In this document: piece after piece, positions 37,359 through 46,866 of the stretch
How the letters are laid out: each line of letters opens with the position of its first letter
Position numbering within the stretch: the first letter of the stretch is position 1
Source of the DNA: Candidatus Gottesmanbacteria bacterium RIFCSPHIGHO2_01_FULL_40_15
Lineage (GTDB): Bacteria > Patescibacteriota > Microgenomatia > 2-02-FULL-39-11
DNA length: 64,000 bases
Assembly: GCA_001779115.1 (NCBI GenBank)
Contig: MFJF01000012.1
Span: forward strand, 33,142-97,141
Direction: 5' to 3'
Made by a program: the position numbers and the translations under genes
Notes under the pieces: model-generated
What the model was told of the DNA's origin: nothing
Databases searched by the model: none
Seen by the model: the letters and a program-made list of their open reading frames with translations, nothing else

Positions 37359-38528
37359 ATGCAGGTAGCGATAGTTCATGATTATATCAAAGAGTATGGC
37401 GGAGCTGAACGGGTACTTGAAGCTTTGCATGAAATTTGGCCAGAGGCACCTGTTTACACCTCAATTTACCTTCCGGATAATTTAGGTCCGCACAGGCAAA
37501 GATTTAAGGATTGGAATATAATTCCATCTTTTTTCCAGTTGATTCCTTTTAAGAGTAAAATTGTCAGCCCGATGAGGATTTTCAGTTCAATAATTTTTGA
37601 ATCTTGGGATTTTAGTAAATATGATCTGGTTATTGTATCGGCAACCGGAGCTTATAATCCCAATCTGATAAATAAAAAAACCGGAAGTCTGCATATATGT
37701 TACTGCCATACTCCTCCCAGATATTTATACGGTTATCCGACAGCAAGAAACTGGAGAAAAACATTCTTTGGCCGATTAATGGGAGAAATCATTAACCACA
37801 GACTCAGACAGACGGATTATACTTCTTCGCAAAAACCTGATTTTTTTATAGCCAATTCCAATGAAGTTAAGGCACGCATAAGAAAATTCTACCGGCGCGA
37901 AGCTACAGTTATTTATCCTCCCGCCGGTAACGGATATATTGAAAGTACTGCGGGCAGTCCGAATAAAACCGACGAAATCCCCGCTTCGCCGGCAGGCAGG
38001 CGAAATCCGGAATTTCAAAATGAATTTTTTTTAACGGGAGGGAGGCTAGCCAGAGCAAAACACATTGATTTAGCAATTCAGGCAGCCAATCAATTAAAAT
38101 TACATCTGAAAATATTCGGAAAAGCATTCGCCGGGTATGAGAATGAATTAAAAAAAACTGCCGGGCCGACAGTTGAATTTACCGGTGAAGTAGATGAGGC
38201 CGGTTTAGCTTTACTATACCGGAATTGCCGGGCTCTTTTATATCCTTCGGAATATGAAGATTTCGGAATTATTCCGGTAGAAGCACAGGCCTTCGGAAAA
38301 CCGGTGATCGCATACAGAAAGAGCGGAGTTACGGAAAGCGTTGTTGAGGATAAAACCGGAGTTTTTTTTAATGAGTTAACTGCCGGGAGTTTAATTTCCG
38401 CGATTAATAAACTAAAGAACATAAATATTTCAGAAAAAGATTGCATAAAAAACGCTCAAAAATTCAATAAAGAAAGATTTAAGAAAGAGATTACCGATTT
38501 TATAAAAGGAAAGATGAAGGATGCCTGA
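37359..38528 (+). CDS. Glycosyltransferase family 4
   Basis: GGAERVL, YCHTPPRY and EDFGIIPVEAQAFG. Confidence 0.92.
   Translation: MQVAIVHDYIKEYGGAERVLEALHEIWPEAPVYTSIYLPDNLGPHRQRFKDWNIIPSFFQLIPFKSKIVSPMRIFSSIIFESWDFSKYDLVIVSATGAYNPNLINKKTGSLHICYCHTPPRYLYGYPTARNWRKTFFGRLMGEIINHRLRQTDYTSSQKPDFFIANSNEVKARIRKFYRREATVIYPPAGNGYIESTAGSPNKTDEIPASPAGRRNPEFQNEFFLTGGRLARAKHIDLAIQAANQLKLHLKIFGKAFAGYENELKKTAGPTVEFTGEVDEAGLALLYRNCRALLYPSEYEDFGIIPVEAQAFGKPVIAYRKSGVTESVVEDKTGVFFNELTAGSLISAINKLKNINISEKDCIKNAQKFNKERFKKEITDFIKGKMKDA
37980..38000. repeat. GC-rich imperfect palindrome in frame inside the GT4 gene
   Basis: CCCGCTTCGCCGGCAGGCAGG, flanked on both sides by CGAAATC. Confidence 0.55.
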
Positions 38529-39387
38529 ACTCCCGGAAGTAGAAACGATCAAGCTACAACTGTCAGACGCAATAACAGGATTAGTAATCAGCCAAATAAA
38601 AATCCCTTCAGAAAAATCTTTTAAGGGTGATAAAAAACTTCTCCACGGCTGCAAAATCACATCACTTACCAGATCCGGCAAGATTCTGATTATTAATACA
38701 AATAAGGGTTTGTCTTTGGCGGTTCATCTTAAAATGACAGGACAATTAATATATGAAAGCAAAAAACAAACGGTAAATAATAAACAGAAGGGAGGATTTG
38801 CCTCAAAATATACCCGGGTTATTGTCTGTTTTACTGACCAAAGCCGCTTGATTTTTAATGATTTAAGAAAATTCGGCTGGATGAGACTGAACGTTCTCGA
38901 TAAGGGAAAAAGGATACCCTTAAAGTTTAAAGGTTTACCTTTTTTAACAGATATAACTGATAAAACGGGACCGGATCCTTTTAAAATCAGTTTCGAACAA
39001 TTTTTCATGATCATAAATTCTTCCGGACGGCCTATAAAATTGATTCTTACGGATCAGGAAAAACTTTCGGGAACGGGCAATATTTACGCAAATGAGGCTT
39101 TATTTCTTTCAAAAATAAATCCGAATACCAAAGCGAACGAATTAACAAAAAACAAGGCTAAATCCCTTTTTAACTGTTTGAGAAAAACCCTGAAAAGAGG
39201 AATAAAATACGGGGGAGCTTCTGATAATGATTATTTAAACGCTTACGGTGAAAAAGGGGCAATGCAGGAACATTTTCAGGTTTACGGAAGAGAAGGAGAG
39301 CCCTGTCTTAGTAAATGCGGCGGAGTTGTCAATCGAATAAAGCAGGGCGGAAGGAGCAGTTTTTACTGTCCAAAATGCCAAAAATAA
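38521..39387 (+). CDS. mutM: Formamidopyrimidine-DNA glycosylase
   Basis: MPELPEV, HLKMTG, GTGNIYANE and a C-terminal zinc finger ending CPKCQ. Confidence 0.95.
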   Translation: MPELPEVETIKLQLSDAITGLVISQIKIPSEKSFKGDKKLLHGCKITSLTRSGKILIINTNKGLSLAVHLKMTGQLIYESKKQTVNNKQKGGFASKYTRVIVCFTDQSRLIFNDLRKFGWMRLNVLDKGKRIPLKFKGLPFLTDITDKTGPDPFKISFEQFFMIINSSGRPIKLILTDQEKLSGTGNIYANEALFLSKINPNTKANELTKNKAKSLFNCLRKTLKRGIKYGGASDNDYLNAYGEKGAMQEHFQVYGREGEPCLSKCGGVVNRIKQGGRSSFYCPKCQK

Positions 39388-39426
39388 TACTAATAATGTT
39401 ATTTTCTGCTATAATTTGCTCCTATA

Positions 39427-40122
39427 ATGGATAAGGAAAAACCAGTCGTTATTTCATTAGGAGGATCTTTGGTTGTGCCCAACGGGGGAATTGATACAGA
39501 ATATATCAATAAGTTCAGCAAATTCATCAGAAAAAAAATCGCCGATAAATGGCGATTTTTTATAGTTATTGGAGGAGGTGCTACAGCACGCCATTATATT
39601 GCCGCGGCCAGAAAAATTACCGGTAAAATTACCGATTGGGATCTTGATTGGCTTGGTATTCACTCTACCCAATTAAATGCGCATTTTATAAGGACAGTTT
39701 TTAAAGATACGGCACATCCGAGGGTCATTCTAAATTATGAAAAGAAAATAGTTAATTTAAGAGAACCCCTGGTTATTGCAGCCGGATGGAAGCCGGGATG
39801 TTCGACAGATTATGACGCCATGCTTTTAGTCCGGGATTACAACGCCAAATCTTTGATCAATATATCCAATATTGAGTGGGTCCATAACAAAGACCCGAAG
39901 AAATTTCCAGATGCCAAGCCGATCGAAAAGATATCCTGGGAAGACTATGAGAAATTAACCAGCCAGGAATGGACTCCGGGAATTAATTCTCCGTTTGACC
40001 CGGTAGCAACAAAATTAGCCAAGGAGCTGAACTGTACTGTTTATATTATCGGAAGCAATATTGACAATTTGGATAATCTTTTAAGCGGAAGGGATTTTAA
40101 AGGAACGATAATTTCTTCTTAA
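39427..40122 (+). CDS. pyrH: UMP kinase, archaeal-type
   Basis: VISLGGS, GGGATAR, PGCSTD and PFDPVA. Confidence 0.9.
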   Translation: MDKEKPVVISLGGSLVVPNGGIDTEYINKFSKFIRKKIADKWRFFIVIGGGATARHYIAAARKITGKITDWDLDWLGIHSTQLNAHFIRTVFKDTAHPRVILNYEKKIVNLREPLVIAAGWKPGCSTDYDAMLLVRDYNAKSLINISNIEWVHNKDPKKFPDAKPIEKISWEDYEKLTSQEWTPGINSPFDPVATKLAKELNCTVYIIGSNIDNLDNLLSGRDFKGTIISS

Positions 40123-41249
40123 TGATTATTTCTCAAATAACTCTTCTTAATTTCCGCAATCACAAAAAGCGGAATTTTTCATTTTCACCTGATTTGACTA
40201 TTGTTGTCGGAAAAAATACTTCCGGTAAAACTAACCTGATGGAAGCGGTCTATCTTTTATCAACGGCCAGAAGCTTCAGGCACGGAAGGGATTATCAGAC
40301 AATTACATTTAACAGGGAAATGGCCAGGATTAAAGGATTAGTCGGGACTGACGATGAAACTAAGGAGCTGGAAATTACATTAACCCGGGGTGAAGTAACA
40401 GGAATAAAAACGCCTTTAAAAAAATTCACAATAAACGGTGTTTCTAAAAGAAGCATAGATTTTGTGGGAATATTACCAAGCGTGCTGTTTTGGCCGGAAG
40501 ACATGGAACTTGTTACAGGTTCACCAACAATCCGGAGACATTACCTTGATTCAGTTTTGATTCAGATTGACCGGGAATACCGAAGGACACTTAATTCATA
40601 TGAGAGAGCTTTAAGACAGAGAAATAAGCTTCTGGAAGCTATCAGAGAAAATCAGGCAGACAGGCAACAGTTGCTTTTTTGGGACCAGTTACTTATTAAA
40701 CAGGGGAATTACCTGACGGGAAAGAGGGAAGAATTCATATCTTCCGTTAATGAAACGGAGCTTCCGGCGCTTTTAAAAACGGGTGCCAAATACATGCTGT
40801 ATTACGATAAGAGCATAATATCGCATCTCAGGTTTGACCAGTTAAGACCAGCGGAAATTGCTAGCGCCGTAACACTGGTCGGTCCCCACCGTGATGACAT
40901 GATTTTTAAAATAAGAAATCCTGATATTAAAAGCGAAGAGAATGAAACAGAATTCGAAAACCAAAATAATTATAAAGATTTATCTTTATACGGAAGCAGG
41001 GGAGAACAAAGACTGGCTGTTTTATGGCTGAAACTTTCAGAGTTACGATACATGCAGAAAGAAACAGGGGAGAGAGCGGTTCTTCTTCTCGATGACATAT
41101 TTTCAGAACTTGACCATGAACACAGGGAAATTATTTTTAAGATACTTCCGGATCAGCAGAGTATTTTAACGGTTACCGACAAGCATTTGATTCCCGAAGA
41201 GCGGTTCAGACAGGCAAAAGTGATAGAATTAAGCGGTGAATATGAATGA
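40122..41249 (+). CDS. recF: DNA replication/repair protein RecF
   Basis: NFRN, GKNTSGKTN, QRN, GPHRDD, SRGEQR and LLLDDIFSELD. Confidence 0.95.
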   Translation: MIISQITLLNFRNHKKRNFSFSPDLTIVVGKNTSGKTNLMEAVYLLSTARSFRHGRDYQTITFNREMARIKGLVGTDDETKELEITLTRGEVTGIKTPLKKFTINGVSKRSIDFVGILPSVLFWPEDMELVTGSPTIRRHYLDSVLIQIDREYRRTLNSYERALRQRNKLLEAIRENQADRQQLLFWDQLLIKQGNYLTGKREEFISSVNETELPALLKTGAKYMLYYDKSIISHLRFDQLRPAEIASAVTLVGPHRDDMIFKIRNPDIKSEENETEFENQNNYKDLSLYGSRGEQRLAVLWLKLSELRYMQKETGERAVLLLDDIFSELDHEHREIIFKILPDQQSILTVTDKHLIPEERFRQAKVIELSGEYE

Positions 41250-42210
41250 TAATGAATTCAAGAAAGTTTTAAAAAAGTTATATTTGCCGCCCCCCGATTC
41301 ACACAAGGGGCAAAACGGAAGACTTTTAATTATCGGCGGATCGCACCTATTTCATGCGGCATCTTTATGGGCGCTAAAAGTTGCCAGCAGGATTGTTGAT
41401 CTGGTTCATTATTCATCCGTTAAGGAAAATAATGAGATAGTTATGAGAGTGAAATCGGAATTCCGCAATGGGATAGTCGTGCAAAGAAAAAATATTGAAG
41501 AATATATTGAGGAGGATGACTGCATCCTGATAGGACCGGGAATGGTTCGGGCGGAAAAATCAAAAATCAATAATTCCGCCTTCGCCGCGCCGCCGGCAAA
41601 GCCTATGGCGACGCACGGCAAGGCTTCGACGGACAAGCAAATGACAAATATAAAAGATATTGAGAAAATTAAAAATGAGGGGACGGAGACTTATTTTTTA
41701 ACAAATTATCTGCTTAGAAAATATCCGCACAAGAAGTGGGTGATTGATGCGGGGGCGCTGCAAATGACAGAACCGGAGTGGATACCTGAAGGAGCAATAT
41801 TAACTCCTCATACCAGAGAAATGGAGTCACTGATAATAAAAATTAAAAACGAAAAAATTAAGAAGGAAATTGAAAAATCCAAAACAAAAGAACAGATAAC
41901 AATCTTTGCCCGGGAATATAACTGCACGGTATTGCTTAAAGGCAGAACCGATTATATTGTTTCCGGAAATAAAGCGATAGAAATAACCGGGGGAAATGCC
42001 GGAATGACAAAAGGAGGGACAGGTGATGTTCTGGCGGGACTGGTGGCGGCATTATTTTGTAAGAATGAAGCTTACAGTTGTGCAGTGGCGGGTTCATATA
42101 TAAACAAGAAAGCGGGAGACTGGCTGTTTAAAAAGACCGGCTATTGGTTTAATGCTTCAGACCTGGCCGACCAGATCCCCCAGACGATGAAGCGACTACT
42201 ACTTTCCTGA
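41236..42210 (+). CDS. nnrD: NAD(P)HX dehydratase (YjeF C-terminal carbohydrate kinase family); ATG start probably 41242
   Basis: SHKGQNG, IGPG, DAGAL, LTPH..E, LKG and GGTGDVLAG. Confidence 0.88.
   Translation: MNMNDNEFKKVLKKLYLPPPDSHKGQNGRLLIIGGSHLFHAASLWALKVASRIVDLVHYSSVKENNEIVMRVKSEFRNGIVVQRKNIEEYIEEDDCILIGPGMVRAEKSKINNSAFAAPPAKPMATHGKASTDKQMTNIKDIEKIKNEGTETYFLTNYLLRKYPHKKWVIDAGALQMTEPEWIPEGAILTPHTREMESLIIKIKNEKIKKEIEKSKTKEQITIFAREYNCTVLLKGRTDYIVSGNKAIEITGGNAGMTKGGTGDVLAGLVAALFCKNEAYSCAVAGSYINKKAGDWLFKKTGYWFNASDLADQIPQTMKRLLLS
41575..41637. repeat. Nested GC-rich palindrome in frame inside nnrD
   Basis: 63 nt, 44 of them G/C by hand count; TCCGCCTTCGCC...AAGGCTTCGACGGACAAG; resembles 30228-30256. 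Confidence 0.65.
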
Positions 42211-42442
42211 TATATTTATGGTTTTATGGAGGCGGTAAATCCGTTCAAATAAACTATATATATTCTTTTACAATACACAACCATTTGAACAAAGTACAAA
42301 TTCCGAGACAGAATAACAAAAGACATTTAAAGCTAACAATATCACAGGGATTGTTGTATTGCCTGTTTCGGGAATTATGCGATAATTAAGTAACCTGTTA
42401 GTTTTCCCAACAGACGGTAACGACTGGAATCCAATTAAAATA

Positions 42443-43492
42443 ATGTATTCACCGAAATATTCGATTACCAATAAAATTCTGAAAAATATCGGGGTAATTG
42501 AAGCCTGCCGGGAGGTGATCATTAACGCGCCTTTGGTTCCGGCTTATGAGAAAAAATTCCGGGAAGAGGCAATTATAAGAACTGTTCATCATGGAACACA
42601 TATAGAGGGAAATGAACTTAACATGACAGAGGCAGCCCAAGTATTGAAAGGCAATCCGGTGACAGCAAGAGACCGCGACATACAGGAAGTGATGAATTAC
42701 CGAAATGTTTTAAATTACCTTGACTACATGGGAAAAGATGATGAGTCAAAAGGCATAATTACCGAAGATATAATTAAAAAAATCCACAGTTTGACGGTTG
42801 AGAAGATTATGCCCTCTGATCAGTGCGGGGCTTTCCGAAAAACACAGGTGGTTGTTAAAAATTCTTTAACCGGAGAGATAACTTTCAGGCCTCCGCCGGC
42901 CATTGAAATACCATACCTTATATCGGATTTTGTGGAATGGTTGGGGAAAGCAGACAAAGACGATATCCATTCGGTTCTTAAAGCCGGTATTGTCCATTAT
43001 GAATTGGTAAGAATACATCCGTTTGTGGACGGTAACGGAAGACTGGCGAGATCGGTGGCGACACTTGTCCTATTCCTGGAGAATTACGATATCAAGAAGT
43101 TTTTTTCTCTTGAGGAATATTTTGACCGTGACGCCGCCCATTATTATGATTCACTGCGAAGCGCGGCTGACGGAGAATTAACAAATTGGCTAGAATATTT
43201 TACCGAAGGGTTAGCTATTGAGCTGACCCGAATTAAGGAAAAAGTCCAGAAAATGTCAACAGATCTGCATTTGAAACAGAAATTAGGGGGGGAACAGGTT
43301 TTTCTTTCGGAAAGACAAATTGAGATCATGGAATATATTCAGCGGGTGGGTTATTTGAGTAATAAAGCATTTATTGATCTGTTTCCGAAAATATCGGAAG
43401 ATACAATACTGAGGGATCTTCATGATCTTATAAAAAAAGGGATTATTAAAAAAGAAGGGAAAACTAAAGCAGCGAAATATCTTCTTAGATAA
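42443..43492 (+). CDS. Fic-domain protein with C-terminal wHTH
   Basis: THIEGN, HPFVDGNGRLAR and C-terminal SEDTILRDLHDL. Confidence 0.92.
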   Translation: MYSPKYSITNKILKNIGVIEACREVIINAPLVPAYEKKFREEAIIRTVHHGTHIEGNELNMTEAAQVLKGNPVTARDRDIQEVMNYRNVLNYLDYMGKDDESKGIITEDIIKKIHSLTVEKIMPSDQCGAFRKTQVVVKNSLTGEITFRPPPAIEIPYLISDFVEWLGKADKDDIHSVLKAGIVHYELVRIHPFVDGNGRLARSVATLVLFLENYDIKKFFSLEEYFDRDAAHYYDSLRSAADGELTNWLEYFTEGLAIELTRIKEKVQKMSTDLHLKQKLGGEQVFLSERQIEIMEYIQRVGYLSNKAFIDLFPKISEDTILRDLHDLIKKGIIKKEGKTKAAKYLLR

Positions 43493-43550
43493 ATTTCCCC
43501 CCGATATAATCGGGTATCCCGTTGAGGCGGGATAATTTTCAAATTTAAAT

Positions 43551-45341
43551 ATGACTTTTAGACGTTTGGCTGAATATCTGCAACGGCTTGAGGAAACTCC
43601 GCTCCGTAATAAAATGACACAGATTCTCTCTGAGCTTTTTGGGGAGGCAAAAAACCGGGAAATCGGAAAGATATGTTATCTCCTTTTAGGGAGACTTGCG
43701 CCTTTATATCAAACAATTGAGTTCGGATTGGGTGAAAGAATGATTATCCGGGCAATTGCCGATGGACTTTATAAGGAAGCGGCAACAGTTACTAAAAAGT
43801 TTAAAAAATCAGGTGATCTGGGGATTACCGTTGAGCAGATTAAGAACATATCCGGTTTTAATAAAGGAAAAGCATTAAGTTTAAATGATGTTTATGAAGC
43901 ATTGATGACGATTGCAATCGCCTCAGGCACAGGTTCACAGGAACAAAAGATTAAAAAACTGGGAGAACTGATACAAGAAGTTGATTCATTATCCGCCCGG
44001 TATATCGTCCGGATTCCGATCGGAAAATTAAGATTGGGATTTTCGGACATGACTATTCTGGACAGCTTATCTTTTTTAATCAACGGAACAAAAAAACATA
44101 GACCGGTTATTGAGAGAGCTTATAATCTCCGGGCAGATATCGGATTTATCGCTTCAGTTGTCAAAGGAGAAGGTATTGAGAAATTGGAAGGCATACAACC
44201 GCAGGTGGGGACGCCCATTCTTATGGCCAGAGCTGAAAGAATGAGCAGCAGCAAGGAGATAATTGACAAGATAGGAAAAGGAGCAATTGAGGCCAAGTAC
44301 GACGGATTCAGGATACAAGCACACCTGAAAAGAAACAAAAAAAAAGGATCAAATGAATTTATTAAACTTTATTCCAGAAATTTAGAAGATGTGACCCTTA
44401 TGTATCCGGATATTGTTGAAGGTTTGAAACAACAGATAAAAGCGGATGAGGCGATTATTGAAGGAGAGGCTGTGGCATATAATCCCAATACAGGCGAGTA
44501 TTTACCGTTTCAGGAAACGGTACAAAGAAAACGCAAATATGACATAGAAGCAAAAGCTAAAGAAATTCCGCTGAAACTATTTGTTTTTGAGCTTCTTTTT
44601 AAAAACAGGAAAAGTTATATCAATGACTGGTATGAAATCAGAAAAAAAGAACTTAAGAAGACTGTCGGAAGAGGAGAGACAATACTTTTTGCTCCTGAGG
44701 AAGTGACGGATAATCCGAAAAGACTGGAAGAGATATTTCAGGATGCCGTCAGCCGCGGTCTTGAAGGTGTCATGGCGAAAAAACTGGACGGAGTTTACCG
44801 GGCGGGAGCACGTGATTTTTCCTGGATTAAATTTAAAAGGAGCTATGCCGGAAAATTGACAGACACCATTGATGCGGTTGTCATGGGTTATGATTTCGGA
44901 CAGGGTAAAAGAGCGGGTTTTGGGATCGGTGATTTTCTGATCGGCGTGTATGATAATCAATCAGATATGTTTCTGACAATTGCCAAAATAGGAACAGGAC
45001 TGACAGATGAGGAATGGAGAGCAATAAAGGTGAGAAGTGATAAGTTAAAAGTAAACGGTAAACCGTTGAATTATGAGGTTGATAAAATTATGGATTGTGA
45101 TATTTGGATAGCACCTGAGATTGTAGTTGAGATCAGAGCGGATGAGATTACCAGATCACCGGTTCATACTGCAGGAAGAATCATGGGGCCTTCCAAAAGC
45201 GGATCGGCAATTGAAGTGAAAGAGGCAGGACTGGCTTTGCGGTTTCCGAGACTGGAGAAATTCCGTGATGATAAGACACCAACTGATGCGACTACCTTAA
45301 AGGAACTTAAAGAGATGTTAAAAAAGCAGAAGAAGTTATAA
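43551..45341 (+). CDS. ATP-dependent DNA ligase
   Basis: EAKYDGFR, EGE, EGVMAK, WIKFK and LRFPR; archaeal/eukaryal-like N-terminal DNA-binding domain. Confidence 0.95.
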   Translation: MTFRRLAEYLQRLEETPLRNKMTQILSELFGEAKNREIGKICYLLLGRLAPLYQTIEFGLGERMIIRAIADGLYKEAATVTKKFKKSGDLGITVEQIKNISGFNKGKALSLNDVYEALMTIAIASGTGSQEQKIKKLGELIQEVDSLSARYIVRIPIGKLRLGFSDMTILDSLSFLINGTKKHRPVIERAYNLRADIGFIASVVKGEGIEKLEGIQPQVGTPILMARAERMSSSKEIIDKIGKGAIEAKYDGFRIQAHLKRNKKKGSNEFIKLYSRNLEDVTLMYPDIVEGLKQQIKADEAIIEGEAVAYNPNTGEYLPFQETVQRKRKYDIEAKAKEIPLKLFVFELLFKNRKSYINDWYEIRKKELKKTVGRGETILFAPEEVTDNPKRLEEIFQDAVSRGLEGVMAKKLDGVYRAGARDFSWIKFKRSYAGKLTDTIDAVVMGYDFGQGKRAGFGIGDFLIGVYDNQSDMFLTIAKIGTGLTDEEWRAIKVRSDKLKVNGKPLNYEVDKIMDCDIWIAPEIVVEIRADEITRSPVHTAGRIMGPSKSGSAIEVKEAGLALRFPRLEKFRDDKTPTDATTLKELKEMLKKQKKL

Positions 45342-45362
45342 ATTAATATAATAGACAGTAGT

Positions 45363-46064
45363 ATGAAAATTTCCGTAGTTATACCGGCCTATAATGAGGA
45401 GAAATTTGTTAGTAAGACACTGGAATCAATAGAGAAAACCGATAAAAAAAATTGGGATGTTGAAATCGTTGTTGTCGATGGAGGATCAACGGACAGGACC
45501 GCTTCTGTTGCCAAAGAAAAAGGAGCCCGAGTCATACATGAACCGCATAAAGGAATAGGTTTTGCCAGACAACACGGCCTTCTTCACGCAACGGGGGAAA
45601 TCGTTATATATACTGATGCCGATACTGTAGTACCCCGGGACTGGCTTACCAAATATATGAAAGCCTTTGAAAATGAAGAAATTGTCTGCACGTACGGGAC
45701 ATACAGAGTGTCGGACGGTAAATTCCCATATTTTCAAGCTACAAACTATCTGCAACCATGGGCAGTTTCCTTATATTACCGATTCGGAATATATTTTGCG
45801 GGAGGACAAAATATTGCTGCCCGGAGGGATGCGGCAATTGATGCGGGCGGATTTGATGAGAAGTTAGAACAGATGGAAGACGCTGATTTTGTCAAGAGAA
45901 TGAGTAAAGCAGGAAAAATTGCATTTTTACCTGATAATATTGTCATATCATCTGGCAGGCGGAGCAAAGAAGGAATTTCCTATTTCCTCAGAGCGGGAAT
46001 ATCGGATTTTAAATTTTTTATTCTGGGAAAGAGAGATTTTCTTAAATTTCCGGATTACAGATAA
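45363..46064 (+). CDS. Glycosyltransferase family 2
   Basis: SVVIPAYNEE, DGGSTD, DAD and ED. Confidence 0.92.
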   Translation: MKISVVIPAYNEEKFVSKTLESIEKTDKKNWDVEIVVVDGGSTDRTASVAKEKGARVIHEPHKGIGFARQHGLLHATGEIVIYTDADTVVPRDWLTKYMKAFENEEIVCTYGTYRVSDGKFPYFQATNYLQPWAVSLYYRFGIYFAGGQNIAARRDAAIDAGGFDEKLEQMEDADFVKRMSKAGKIAFLPDNIVISSGRRSKEGISYFLRAGISDFKFFILGKRDFLKFPDYR

Positions 46065-46094
46065 AAGCAAAGAGAAAAGACGGAAGTAATAAGA

Positions 46095-46823
46095 TTATCT
46101 GACCGGTTTGGCTTTAATGAGGGATTTGTGGAAATACCGGGCAAGGAAATAATTAAGACTATAGTAGAACAGAGCATGTTTAAACAGAAAGGTGAAGAAG
46201 CCGACTTTATACCGGCGGCCATCCGTTCGCGGGCACAAGTTTTCCGAAAAAGCTATTTTGCCAACACGTTTTAATCTTCTGGTGACATCAAGTTCATCAC
46301 CTCCAAAATCAAGTTCAGTATCATAACCGCCGAGCTCCAATAATTTTTCCCTGCGATAAGATAAATTGTATGCCGGCGCGTAGAGGACTTTCCCGGTCAA
46401 GCGGTAAAAAAGTGCGATAATTTTATAGGTCCAGTCCCAGATAAGCACTCCCCACCAAGGCCCATTGACCATTTTTGCGGCGCCGGTAAGAGCGACAATT
46501 TCCCCGTCACTCTCATATTTTTTGAAAATTGTTGCCAGATGATTGGGAGGATAGAATGTATCGGCATCAGCTCCGACCAGTATTTCACCCCGGGCTGCTT
46601 TTAAACCGGCATCACGGGCGCGGACGACATTCGAATTTTTTACCGTAATAAATTTAGCGTTATATTTTTGGGTAATTTTTTCAGTTCGGTCCGTTGATCC
46701 GCCATCAGCGATAATCAGCTCAAAATCCTTAAAAGTCTGATTTTTGAAACTGTCAAGAGCCACCGTCAGATACTTTTCTTCATTGTAAGCCGGAATAACT
46801 ACCGATATTTTCGGAGAGGGCAT
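46095..46823 (-). CDS. Glycosyltransferase family 2
   Basis: MPSPKISVVIPAYNEE, DGGSTD and DAD. Start moved from 46997 to 46823. Confidence 0.9.
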   Translation of the reverse strand: MPSPKISVVIPAYNEEKYLTVALDSFKNQTFKDFELIIADGGSTDRTEKITQKYNAKFITVKNSNVVRARDAGLKAARGEILVGADADTFYPPNHLATIFKKYESDGEIVALTGAAKMVNGPWWGVLIWDWTYKIIALFYRLTGKVLYAPAYNLSYRREKLLELGGYDTELDFGGDELDVTRRLKRVGKIAFSENLCPRTDGRRYKVGFFTFLFKHALFYYSLNYFLARYFHKSLIKAKPVR

Positions 46824-46866
46824 AGTTTCTTTTTCAGTGTACTTCGTGATATTATTTTCCGCAACC

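Noticed and set aside
42211..42442. 232-nt AT-rich gap before the Fic gene as a possible ncRNA or antitoxin
   Set aside because: No convincing structure or co-oriented ORF; only a plausible promoter.
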